From Bacteroidales bacterium (GTDB lineage: Bacteria; Bacteroidota; Bacteroidia; Bacteroidales; P3): a stretch of 64,000 nucleotides of DNA. Below the pieces are notes generated by a model, which was not told the DNA's origin, did no database searches, and saw nothing but the letters and a program-made list of their open reading frames with translations. This document shows positions 18,049 through 26,594 of this stretch, piece after piece. The stretch spans positions 16,259 through 80,258 of the forward strand of contig JAFURZ010000005.1 in the NCBI GenBank assembly GCA_017480785.1. The letters are read 5' to 3'. The position numbers were made by a program, and so were the translations under genes. Each line of letters starts with the position of its first letter. Within the stretch, counting starts at the first letter, position 1.

Positions 18049-19671
18049 CTACAGCAGGTCGAGCGAGTAGTGCAGACCGACGTTCTGCCGGCGGGCACGG
18101 GCCATCTTGATGATGAGATAGGCGCAGGCGATGAGGTTGCGCAGCTCGCTGAGGGGCTCGGTGAGCACGGAGCGGTTGTAGAGGTCCTCGGTCTCGCGGA
18201 AGATGAGGTTCAGACGGTCGAAGGCGCGCTGCAGGCGCAGGTCGCTGCGCACAATGCCGACATAGTTCCACATGATTTCCTGCAGCTCCTTCTTGGTCTG
18301 CGTGATGAGCACCATCTCCTCGTTGAGCACCATGCCCTCGGCGTTCCAGTCGGGCACTTTTGAGTGGGTAGTGGATAGTGGATAGTGGGTAGCATTTGAC
18401 CCTGTGCTCCCCACTACACACTCCCCACTACACACTTGCGCTATAGCCGACATGGCTGCGTTGTGGGCATAGACCACGGCCTCGAGCAGCGAATTGGAGG
18501 CCAGGCGGTTGCCGCCATGCAGACCCGTGCAGCTGCACTCGCCGGCGGCATAGAGGTTGAGGATGGACGATTGCCCGTTGCGGTCCACCTTGATGCCGCC
18601 GCACTGGTAGTGGGCTGCCGGCCGGATGGGTATCATGTCGCGCGTGATGTCGATGCCGATGGAGAGGCATTTGGCATAGATGGTGGGGAAGCCCTCGATG
18701 AGGTGCTTCTTGCCGATGCCGCGGGCGTCGAGGTAGAGGTAGTCCTTGCCGCTGAGTTTCATCTCGTTGTCGATGGCACGGGCCACAATGTCGCGCGGGG
18801 CGAGACTCAGGCGCTCGTCGTACTTCTGCATGAACTCCTTCCCGTCGCGGTCTTTCAGCACGGCGCCGGCGCCGCGCATGGCCTCGGTGATGAGGAAGGC
18901 GGGCTTCTCGGCGGGGTTGTAGAGCGAGGTGGGGTGGAACTGCATGAACTCCAGGTCGCTCAGCACGCCGCGGGCGCGGTGCACCATGGCCACCCCGTCG
19001 CCGGTCGAGATGACGGGCGTGGTGGTGGTGCTGTACACGTTGCCCATGCCGCCGGTGGCCAGCAGGGTGACGCGGGCCAGGTAGGTGTCGATGCGGTTGG
19101 TGTCACAGTCCAAAGCATAGACGCCGTAGCACTCGATGCCCGGCGTGTGCTTGGTGACGCGCTGGCCCAGATGGTGCTGGGTGATGATGTCGATGGCGAA
19201 CTGGCGTTCCTTGAGCTCGATGTTGGGATGCCGGCGCACGGCCTCGAGCAGGCCGCGCTCTATCTCCTCGCCTGTGTTGTCCTTGTGGTGCAGGATGCGG
19301 AACTCCGAGTGGCCGCCCTCGCGGTGCAGGTCGAAGCGGTCGCCGCCTTTCCCCTCGGCGGGGACGCGGTCGAAGTTGACCCCGTACTGCACCAGCTCGC
19401 GGATACGGTCAGGAGCCTCGCGGATGGTCATCTCCACCACCTCGCGGTCACAGATGCCGTCGCCGGCCACCAGGGTGTCCTGTATGTGCTTGTCGAACGA
19501 GTCGCTGTCGTACATCACCGCAGCGATACCCCCTTGGGCGTAGCGCGTGCTTCCCTCGCTGGCATCGCCTTTGGTCAGGATGCACACCCGGCCGTAGGGA
19601 GCCACCTTCAGGGCGAAACTAAGGCCCGCTATACCCGAGCCAACAACCAAGAAATCAACTTCGTAGCGCAT
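18049..19671 (-). CDS. nadB: L-aspartate oxidase
   Basis: ORF 18049..19758 trimmed to ATG 19671 (MRYEVDFLVVGSGIAGL FAD motif), downstream of TAtaTTTG (19695-19702, minus). Also RYAQGGIAAV. Carries an in-frame heptamer hairpin. Confidence 0.95.
   Translation of the reverse strand: MRYEVDFLVVGSGIAGLSFALKVAPYGRVCILTKGDASEGSTRYAQGGIAAVMYDSDSFDKHIQDTLVAGDGICDREVVEMTIREAPDRIRELVQYGVNFDRVPAEGKGGDRFDLHREGGHSEFRILHHKDNTGEEIERGLLEAVRRHPNIELKERQFAIDIITQHHLGQRVTKHTPGIECYGVYALDCDTNRIDTYLARVTLLATGGMGNVYSTTTTPVISTGDGVAMVHRARGVLSDLEFMQFHPTSLYNPAEKPAFLITEAMRGAGAVLKDRDGKEFMQKYDERLSLAPRDIVARAIDNEMKLSGKDYLYLDARGIGKKHLIEGFPTIYAKCLSIGIDITRDMIPIRPAAHYQCGGIKVDRNGQSSILNLYAAGECSCTGLHGGNRLASNSLLEAVVYAHNAAMSAIAQVCSGECVVGSTGSNATHYPLSTTHSKVPDWNAEGMVLNEEMVLITQTKKELQEIMWNYVGIVRSDLRLQRAFDRLNLIFRETEDLYNRSVLTEPLSELRNLIACAYLIIKMARARRQNVGLHYSLDLL
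18364..18435. repeat. GTGG(G/A)TA x4 array plus CTCCCCACTACACA x2 opposing arm inside nadB
   Basis: Left arm 18364-18393, right arm 18409-18435. Read in frame (minus) as ..VCSGECVVGSTGSNATHYPLSTTHS.. Confidence 0.85.
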
Positions 19672-19787
19672 ATCGTTTCGTTTGTTCCGAGTTGCAAATA
19701 TACACAAAAAATATGAATATACACCGTAAAATATGTATTGGTTGGCCTCATTCGGCATACATATTTTTCAAATATCGAAAAAAAGAT

Positions 19788-19795
19788 GTATTTTT
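19788..19795 (+). promoter_or_regulatory. -7 box upstream of the GLUG-repeat protein gene
   Basis: TAttTTTG lies 34 nt before ATG 19830. No clear -33 element. Confidence 0.45.
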
Positions 19796-19829
19796 GCTGC
19801 ATGGCAAACAATATAATATATATACGTAT

Positions 19830-22800
19830 ATGATTATGAATCAAGCAATTACCCCCCCCCCATGCCGATTTGTCGCCATTGAAATCCTGAAAAGGACCGC
19901 AAAAAGGGTGTGCCTGCTGGCCGCCATGCTTATCGGCGTCACAGGGCTTCGTGCCCAGACCCACATTACCGACGTGTCGGGTTTCGACGCCCTCAACGGC
20001 AGCAGCGCCGCCTTCATCATCGACAACGACATCGACGCCTCCTCCCTCGCCACCATTGCCTCCTTCGGCGGCACCCTCGAGGCCGCCATCGACCCTGAGA
20101 CCCACATGCCCTACCGCCTCTCAGGCCTCTCCCACCCCCTCTTCGAGACCCTCACCGGCACCGTCTGCAACCTGGTGCTCGAGGATGTCGGCATCAGCCA
20201 CACTGGCAACACCGGCGCCATCGCCTGCACGGCCTCCGGTGCGGCCCGCATCTACAATGTGGGCATCCTCGGCGGCTCTGTCGGCGGCACGGGCTACACC
20301 GGCGGCCTCGTCGGCCTGCTCGACGGCACGGCCCGCGTGATTAACTGCTACTCCTTCGCCGACATCGTGGGCGGCACGGAAAAGGCCGGCATCGTGGGCT
20401 ACAACAACTACGCCTCCCTCTACAACGACCTCAAGACGATGGTCATGAACTGCATGTTCTATGGCGACATCGCCGAGGGTGGCACCATTGCACCGGTCTA
20501 CGGCGGACTGGAGATAAGCAACGACTACAACAACTCCAACACCAAGCGCCTCAACAACTATAACTATTTTCTCTACGAAGCCTCCTTCAGTGCAGGCCGC
20601 CACATCACGAATTACAACTGTGCGCTGGCCGCCGAGGAGCGCTTCCTCGTCCGGTTCGAGTTCTACCGCCACCTGCTCAACTCCACGCGCGAGATGGCCG
20701 GCTGGTACGTCTACGGCTCCATCCAGGCCGATGCCCACAGCAAGATGCTCAAGTGGGTGCTCGACCCCGCCGTCGCCCGATACCCCGTGCTGAAGGAGCA
20801 AGGCAAGTACCCCTCGGTGGTCAACTACGACCCCGACTACACCTTCGACCCCGTGACCTCCAGCCGGGTGAGTCGCACCGCCGTCACCGAGCCCTACCGC
20901 GGCCGCCACCTCGGCACCCTCACCGTCAACATCGCCAACGCCAAGAGCCAAGGCAAGCAGGACTGGCCGGCCGGCGCCACCGTCAACACCACCTCGCTCA
21001 CCCTCGCCCGCACAGACATGGACGAGCCAAACTACAATTTCAACTACGACAAGGTGCAGCTGCCCTACTACAACGACGTGGGTACGGGCAACTACACGGG
21101 TAACCGTGTGGTCACGGGATGGATTGTCACCGCCGTCACGGGTGGCACGCAGGGCGAGCGCGTGGCCGCCGACTTCACCACCACCACCAATTATGACGCG
21201 CCCTACTACAACTTCGCCGACCGCGACACCTACGCCAAGGACCTCTACTCCATCAGCGGCCGCATCTTCGCCCAGGGAGCCTACTTCAACGTCCCCACCG
21301 GCGTCACCGCCATCACCATCGAGCCCTACTGGGCCGTGTGCACCTACCTCTCCGACGCATACTACGACAGCTATGGCTACATGGATGGCGGCACCAACGA
21401 CACCTACGGCCTGCGCTATACCAACAACAATAACTACACCATAAACGGCAGCTCCCAGAAGGTGTACACCGACGTGGGCAACGCGGTATCCAATCTGACA
21501 GGCGTCACCTCACCCACCGTCTACGACTATGCCGTGGTACTGGTGGGCAACCACCACAGATGCGGCACCTCGGAGCCCTCGGACGGAAACACTCCCTTCA
21601 CCCTCATGTCCATCGACAACAACCGCGACAACGAGCCCGACTACTCGTTCGTTTTCAAGAGCGGCAAAAACCAGAAATGCTCCCCCATACGCTACGACTT
21701 CATCAACATCCCGGCGGCATCCATGGCCCACAAGATGGCGTCGAGCACCGACCTCGCCATCCCGGGCAACGCATTCTACAAAGAATGGATGGAGGTCACC
21801 ACCACAGCCCTCATCCGTTTCGGACAGCTGGAGTACAGTAACAGTAACACTTCGCTGTCGCCCATGATTCTTATGGGTGGCGTGGTGGAACAAATAGTGT
21901 CAAGCAACGATGGAGATACCAACACCGACAAAAGGCGCTACCTCCTCTTCGGCGACAATGTGTGGTTCAAACGGTTTGCCAACGGCATACACGGCGACAA
22001 GACAGGTTCGACTCCCCACCGCCCCATCTCCGTGACAGGAGGCGAATACCTGCGGTTCTACCTCACCGGCTATTTCCGTCCCGACGCAGCTGCCAGCACC
22101 GACAACGCCGAGTGCTACATCGACGGGGGCCGCTTCGGCGACGTGGCAGGGGCCGGACAGGAGAACATCTCCGGCAACGTAAACTGGTTTGTCAACCATG
22201 CCGACATCGAGAACTTCTATGGCGGCGGCATCAAGTCAAGCAACACCAGCCAGATTGCAGGCAACATCACCACAGACATCAGGAACAGCCGCGTAACCCT
22301 TTTCTGCGGCGGACCCATGTTCGGCGACATGGTGGCCGACAAGACCGTCACCACCACCGCCGACCACTGCACCTTCGGCACCTATTTCGGCGCCGGCTAC
22401 GGCGGCAACTCCATCTACCTCAACCGAGTCCAGAACGAATACCAGCACCTGAACGAAAACTGGAACAACTGGATGGGCAATTCCTACGACAACGCCGGCG
22501 GCGGCAACTACCGCGGCAAATACTCCGGCAACGGCATCGCCATCGGCTACGAGTACGAGTTCTTCGCCGGCTCCAGCGGCAACGTAGCGCGCCTCTACAT
22601 CCACAAAGTCTCCTTCTCGCTGGCGAAGTGCAACGACGTCAACTCCACCCTGACGGGCTGCAAGGTGCTTGGCAACTACTACGGCGGCGGCAGCCTCGGA
22701 AAGGTGGTGGGCACCGCGACCTCGGAGCTGACCAGCGACACCGTGCTGGGCAACGTCTTCGGCGCGGGGTTCTCGGTCTCGTTGCCCGACGTGGAAGTGC

Positions 22801-23225
22801 TCGACAACGGCGGCTTCAGCCCTGCCCCCAACTACAACCAGGCGACCGGCGTCTACGAAGAAGGCGGCTTCCCGAGCACCCGGACATTCAAGTGGACCCA
22901 AGTGAACTCCATCAGCAACGGGACGCAATGCCTTGTGGTGGACGGCGAAAACCGCACCATCAAGACCACCGAGGACCTCGACAACCTAGGCACCGTGCAG
23001 GGCACCGTCAACCTCACCATCGGGGGCAGCAGCGTCATCGGCACCGCGGGCGACGCCGCCACCGGAGGCGTCTACGGCGGCGGCGAGGAGAGCACCGTCC
23101 AGGGCGACACCCATGTGCTGCTGAAAGGGACCACCCACGTGCTGGGCGACGTCTTCGGCGGGGGCAATCGCGGTCCCGTGAACGGAAACACCGAAGTGCG
23201 ACTCTGCGACGAATGCAGCCTATAG
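19830..23225 (+). CDS. Large secreted GLUG-motif / Gly-rich beta-helix repeat protein (putative adhesin)
   Basis: ORF 19692..23225 with start taken at ATG 19830 (MIMNQAITPPPCRF..KRVCLLAAMLIGVTGLRAQ). GLUG-like repeats (YTGGLVGLLDGTARVINCYSFADIVGG, KAGIVGYNN). C-terminal repeats NYYGGGSLGKVVG, VYGGGEESTVQGDT, VFGGGNRGPVNGNT. Confidence 0.7.
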   Translation: MIMNQAITPPPCRFVAIEILKRTAKRVCLLAAMLIGVTGLRAQTHITDVSGFDALNGSSAAFIIDNDIDASSLATIASFGGTLEAAIDPETHMPYRLSGLSHPLFETLTGTVCNLVLEDVGISHTGNTGAIACTASGAARIYNVGILGGSVGGTGYTGGLVGLLDGTARVINCYSFADIVGGTEKAGIVGYNNYASLYNDLKTMVMNCMFYGDIAEGGTIAPVYGGLEISNDYNNSNTKRLNNYNYFLYEASFSAGRHITNYNCALAAEERFLVRFEFYRHLLNSTREMAGWYVYGSIQADAHSKMLKWVLDPAVARYPVLKEQGKYPSVVNYDPDYTFDPVTSSRVSRTAVTEPYRGRHLGTLTVNIANAKSQGKQDWPAGATVNTTSLTLARTDMDEPNYNFNYDKVQLPYYNDVGTGNYTGNRVVTGWIVTAVTGGTQGERVAADFTTTTNYDAPYYNFADRDTYAKDLYSISGRIFAQGAYFNVPTGVTAITIEPYWAVCTYLSDAYYDSYGYMDGGTNDTYGLRYTNNNNYTINGSSQKVYTDVGNAVSNLTGVTSPTVYDYAVVLVGNHHRCGTSEPSDGNTPFTLMSIDNNRDNEPDYSFVFKSGKNQKCSPIRYDFINIPAASMAHKMASSTDLAIPGNAFYKEWMEVTTTALIRFGQLEYSNSNTSLSPMILMGGVVEQIVSSNDGDTNTDKRRYLLFGDNVWFKRFANGIHGDKTGSTPHRPISVTGGEYLRFYLTGYFRPDAAASTDNAECYIDGGRFGDVAGAGQENISGNVNWFVNHADIENFYGGGIKSSNTSQIAGNITTDIRNSRVTLFCGGPMFGDMVADKTVTTTADHCTFGTYFGAGYGGNSIYLNRVQNEYQHLNENWNNWMGNSYDNAGGGNYRGKYSGNGIAIGYEYEFFAGSSGNVARLYIHKVSFSLAKCNDVNSTLTGCKVLGNYYGGGSLGKVVGTATSELTSDTVLGNVFGAGFSVSLPDVEVLDNGGFSPAPNYNQATGVYEEGGFPSTRTFKWTQVNSISNGTQCLVVDGENRTIKTTEDLDNLGTVQGTVNLTIGGSSVIGTAGDAATGGVYGGGEESTVQGDTHVLLKGTTHVLGDVFGGGNRGPVNGNTEVRLCDECSL
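19852..19861 (+). repeat. C10 homopolymer tract between the start codon and signal peptide of the GLUG-repeat gene
   Basis: att acc ccc ccc cca tgc reads ITPPPC. The tract currently keeps the frame open. Confidence 0.9.
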
Positions 23226-23242
23226 CCTCCCCTTCACCTCCG

Positions 23243-23339
23243 CCATTTTTACGGTAGTATTACGGTAGTATTACGGTAGTATTACGCTTTAAAAGCGTAA
23301 TACTACCGTAATACTACCGTAATACTACCGTAAAAATGG
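23243..23339. repeat. ~47-bp near-perfect palindrome with TACGGTAGTAT 11-nt x3 arms
   Basis: ccatttttacggtagtattacggtagtattacggtagtattacgcttt | aaaagcgtaatactaccgtaatactaccgtaatactaccgtaaaaatgg. Confidence 0.9.
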
Positions 23340-23394
23340 TAGACCTGACATGGGGTCGAACAAAACTTTTTGCTCACGTATTAAATATTTTTTG

Positions 23395-23402
23395 TATCTT
23401 TG
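23395..23402 (+). promoter_or_regulatory. -7 box upstream of the EF-G paralog
   Basis: TAtcTTTG lies about 93 nt before ATG 23496. Confidence 0.5.
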
Positions 23403-23495
23403 CCGTCTCATAAGACACCGCCATCAGCCCCGATGACGGCGTTTAGTGCACTAGTAATCACCAATGTAGAACAAAAATAAATAATAGCAATAACA

Positions 23496-25628
23496 ATGAA
23501 AATTTATCAGACTCAGGACATCCGTAACATCGCCCTCGTGGGCGGTGCCAAGAGCGGCAAGACCACCATGGCCGAGGCTATGGCTTTCTGTGGCGGCCTC
23601 ATCAACCGCCGCGGCAGCGTGGACAGCAAAAACACCATCAGCGACTATCGCGACATCGAGCACGACCGCGGCTACTCCGTGGAGAACACCCTCATGTACA
23701 CCGAGTTCGGCGGCAAGAAAATCAACATTCTTGACGTTCCCGGCTTCGCCGACTACCAGGGCGAGCTGGTCAGCGCGCTGAACGTGGTCGAGGCCGCCGT
23801 CGTCGTGGTCAACGCACAGAGCGGCGTCGAGGTCGGTACCGAGATTGCCAACCGCTACACCGCCAAGCTCGACACCCCCATGCTCTTCGTCGTCAACCAC
23901 CTCGACGCCGAGAAGGCCAACTTCGACGACAGCGTCAACCAGCTGAAGGACTTCTTCGGCGGCAAGTGCACCGTGCTGCAGTTCCCGACCAACGCCGGTC
24001 TGGGCTTCAACCAGGTGGTCGACATCGTGGCCAACAAGATGTACACCTTCACCGACGGCAAGATGACCGAGGCCGACATCCCCGCCGAGTACGCCGACAA
24101 GGCCGAGGAGATGCGCATGGCCCTCGTCGAGGAAGCCGCCGCTGCCGACGACGCCCTCATGGAGAAATACTTCGAGAACGGCGACCTCACCCCCGAGGAG
24201 CTCACCCAGGCCCTCAAACTGGCCATCGACAAGCGCGACCTCTTCCCCATCCTCTGCACCTCCGCCAAGGAGAACTTCGGCGTGGGCCGTCTGCTCGAGT
24301 TCATCTGCCAGAACGTCCCCGCCCCCTGCGAGGTCCTCGACGCCAAGAAGACCAAGGGCGGCAAGGAGCTGAAGAGCAACAGTGCCAACCCCACCGTGGC
24401 CTTCGCCTTCAAGAGCGCCAAGGACAAGAACCTCGGCGAGATCACCTACCTCCGCATCTTCGACGGCGAGCTGGCCGAGAGCCAGGACGTGGTCAACGCC
24501 TGCAACCAGAGCAAGGAGCGCGTCAGCCAGGTGCTCGTCTGCAGCGGCAGCAACCGCCAGAAGGTCGAGAAGGCCTGCGCCGGCGACATCGTCTGCACCA
24601 TCAAGCTCAAGGACGTCAAGATTAACCACACCCTCACCACCCCGAAGAACGCCGACGACGCCGTCGAGGAAATCCAGTTCCCGACGCCCATCTACACCGT
24701 CGCCGTCAAGGCCGCCAACAGCAACGACGACGAGAAGGTAGGCGCCGCACTGAAGGACCTCACCACCTACGACCGCAGCCTCACGCTCGAGAACAGCCGC
24801 GAGCTGCGCCAGGTCATCCTCGGCTGCCAGGGCGAGCTGCACCTGAACACCATCAAGTGGTACTTCGAGAACCAGTACAAGCTCGGCGTCAACTTCACCG
24901 CCCCCAACGTGCCCTACCGCGAGACCATCACCAAGAGCGCCGAGGCCATGTACCGCCACAAGAAACAGTCGGGCGGCAGCGGCCAGTTCGGCGAGGTACA
25001 CATGCTCATCGAGCCTTACTTCGACGGCATGCCCAACCAGACCAAGTACCCCATCCGCGACACCCAGGAGTATCCACTGGAGTGGGGCGGCAAGCTGGTC
25101 TTCAACAACTGCATCGTGGGCGGCTCCATCGACGCCCGCTTCATGCCCGCCATCCTCAAGGGTATCATGGAGAAGATGGAACAGGGTCCTCTGACCGGTT
25201 CCTACGCCCGCGACATCGTCGTCAACATCTACGACGGTAAGATGCACCCCGTGGACAGCAACGAGACGGCCTTCAAGATTGCCGGCCGCACCGCTTTCCG
25301 CGAGGCCTTCAAGCAGGCTGCCCCGAAGATCAAGGAGCCTATCTACGACGTCGCCGTCACCGTGCCGACCGAGAGTCAGGGAGGCGTCATGACCGACCTG
25401 CAGGGCCGCCGCGCCATCGTCATGGGCATGGATGCCGAAGGCAAATACACCACCCTGAAAGCCAAAGCCCCGTTGGCCGAGATGAACCGCTACTGCACCG
25501 CCCTGAGCTCCCTCACCAGCGGCCGCGGCACCTTCACCATGACCTTCAGCGGCTACGAGCTCGTCCCCGCCGACGTCCAGCAGGCCCTCCTCAAAGCCTA
25601 CGAGGAAGCCGCCAGCGAGGAAGAGTAA
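23496..25628 (+). CDS. Elongation factor G paralog (EF-G2-like translational GTPase)
   Basis: 710-aa ORF with G1 GGAKSGKTT, G3 DVPGFADY and EF-G domains II-V. The divergent G1 resembles the second EF-G known in Bacteroides. Confidence 0.9.
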   Translation: MKIYQTQDIRNIALVGGAKSGKTTMAEAMAFCGGLINRRGSVDSKNTISDYRDIEHDRGYSVENTLMYTEFGGKKINILDVPGFADYQGELVSALNVVEAAVVVVNAQSGVEVGTEIANRYTAKLDTPMLFVVNHLDAEKANFDDSVNQLKDFFGGKCTVLQFPTNAGLGFNQVVDIVANKMYTFTDGKMTEADIPAEYADKAEEMRMALVEEAAAADDALMEKYFENGDLTPEELTQALKLAIDKRDLFPILCTSAKENFGVGRLLEFICQNVPAPCEVLDAKKTKGGKELKSNSANPTVAFAFKSAKDKNLGEITYLRIFDGELAESQDVVNACNQSKERVSQVLVCSGSNRQKVEKACAGDIVCTIKLKDVKINHTLTTPKNADDAVEEIQFPTPIYTVAVKAANSNDDEKVGAALKDLTTYDRSLTLENSRELRQVILGCQGELHLNTIKWYFENQYKLGVNFTAPNVPYRETITKSAEAMYRHKKQSGGSGQFGEVHMLIEPYFDGMPNQTKYPIRDTQEYPLEWGGKLVFNNCIVGGSIDARFMPAILKGIMEKMEQGPLTGSYARDIVVNIYDGKMHPVDSNETAFKIAGRTAFREAFKQAAPKIKEPIYDVAVTVPTESQGGVMTDLQGRRAIVMGMDAEGKYTTLKAKAPLAEMNRYCTALSSLTSGRGTFTMTFSGYELVPADVQQALLKAYEEAASEEE

Positions 25629-25654
25629 GCAGGCCCAAACAATTTAACTATACA

Positions 25655-25690
25655 GAAAGCACGCCCCGCGGGGCGTGCTTTCGCCGTTTC
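25655..25690 (+). terminator. Terminator-like hairpin after the EF-G paralog
   Basis: AAAGCACGCCCC/GGGGCGTGCTTT stem followed by TCGCCGTTTC. Near-identical arms occur after tsf (41373-41410). Confidence 0.6.
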
Positions 25691-25745
25691 TATATATATA
25701 TGTATCGCTCACAGGTGTGGCGCATTCACAGCTTTTTTTCACAAT

Positions 25746-25791
25746 CCCGCATCAATGCGAGACCGTTTTGCAGCACTTGCAATGCTCCCCG
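25746..25791 (-). repeat. 46-nt 3' element, copy downstream of the TM2 gene
   Basis: The reverse complement cggggagcattgcaagtgctgcaaaacggtctcgcattgatgcggg matches 56381-56426 at 40/46 positions. Confidence 0.8.
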
Positions 25792-25844
25792 AGCAAACCG
25801 CGGATAAAGATACACTGCTTGCTACATTAACGATTTGGTGACAG

Positions 25845-26282
25845 TTACCTGCTGTTCCATTTTGCCACGCGCTCTGCCCAGCCTTCGTCGTCATCGCAAA
25901 GCCAGACAATGCCTTCTATCAGTCCGATGATGGCTGGGACACCTGTCCAGCAAAAGAGGATGTCCAAAACACCACGCAGGGCTTGCCCTGTGTAGAAGTG
26001 CTGAACGCCAATATCTCCAAGGAGAATCGCAAGCAGGCCTGCTGTCAACTTGTCGGGGTTTTCGCTGAGTTCGAAAACTTCAGCAGACATATCGTTCTCT
26101 GTTGGGAACGATGCATCCTTCACTGCTTCGAAAGAAACAGAAGCAGGTTTTTCCTCGACCTGCTCGGTGAACATTTGGGGGTCGTTAGTGGTGGTGTTCT
26201 CGGGCTCGGCGAGCAATGACTGAGCTGATGCCGTGGCCATGCCCATCATGGCAGCAACGATTAGAGTAAGAACTCTTTTCAT
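25845..26282 (-). CDS. TM2 domain-containing membrane protein
   Basis: 145-aa ORF with a signal peptide and a C-terminal TM2 pattern (LLAILLGDIGVQHFYTGQALRGVLDILFCWTGVPAIIGLIEGI). Visibly less GC-biased than its flanks. Confidence 0.8.
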   Translation of the reverse strand: MKRVLTLIVAAMMGMATASAQSLLAEPENTTTNDPQMFTEQVEEKPASVSFEAVKDASFPTENDMSAEVFELSENPDKLTAGLLAILLGDIGVQHFYTGQALRGVLDILFCWTGVPAIIGLIEGIVWLCDDDEGWAERVAKWNSR

Positions 26283-26516
26283 AGGTGTGGTAATTTTATA
26301 AGGTTTTGTGCATTATTGCCATAAAAAAGGTACGGATGTTTCCGTCTGCCTTACAGGTTTACCACAACCTCCTTTCCCGACGGACACCGTACCATATAAA
26401 GCACGAATGCCCCAACGGGGAAGGATTATGGTGAAGCACTAATCGACTTCGAGGTGGTAATTTGTAAGGCAATTGAGTTCTTCTTGCCGTATGCATATCT
26501 CTCGCAAACGACGGTG

Positions 26517-26584
26517 CAAAAATACAAACTTTCTGCGACGTGACCAAATTTATTTTGCCATGTGGCTGAAATGTTGTATCTTTG
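26517..26584. promoter_or_regulatory. Back-to-back Bacteroides-type promoters (TM2 gene leftward, ribD rightward)
   Basis: Leftward TAttTTTG is the complement of 26517-26524; rightward TAtcTTTG is at 26577-26584. Central CAAA-tttat-TTTG supplies both -33 elements with 19-20 nt spacers. Confidence 0.65.
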
Positions 26585-26594
26585 CACCCTGAAA

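Noticed and set aside
23243-23339. Tandem and inverted short repeats (here and at 26711, 49027, 50089 and elsewhere) as CRISPR arrays.
   Set aside because: The units are 7-11 nt and contiguous with no unique spacers. There are no cas genes. Many lie inside conserved CDSs.
26340-26462. Possible third copy of the conserved leader upstream of the TM2 gene, apparently in inverted orientation. It shares CACAACCTCC ... GTACCA ... CAACGGGG with 55790-55850 and has internal arms TTACCAC..CCTC / CGAGGTGGTAA. This hints at an invertible segment.
   Set aside because: The similarity is short and partly palindromic, so both orientations give partial matches. No flanking inverted repeats typical of Bacteroides invertible promoters are seen, and no recombinase is nearby. 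It is too weak to claim.
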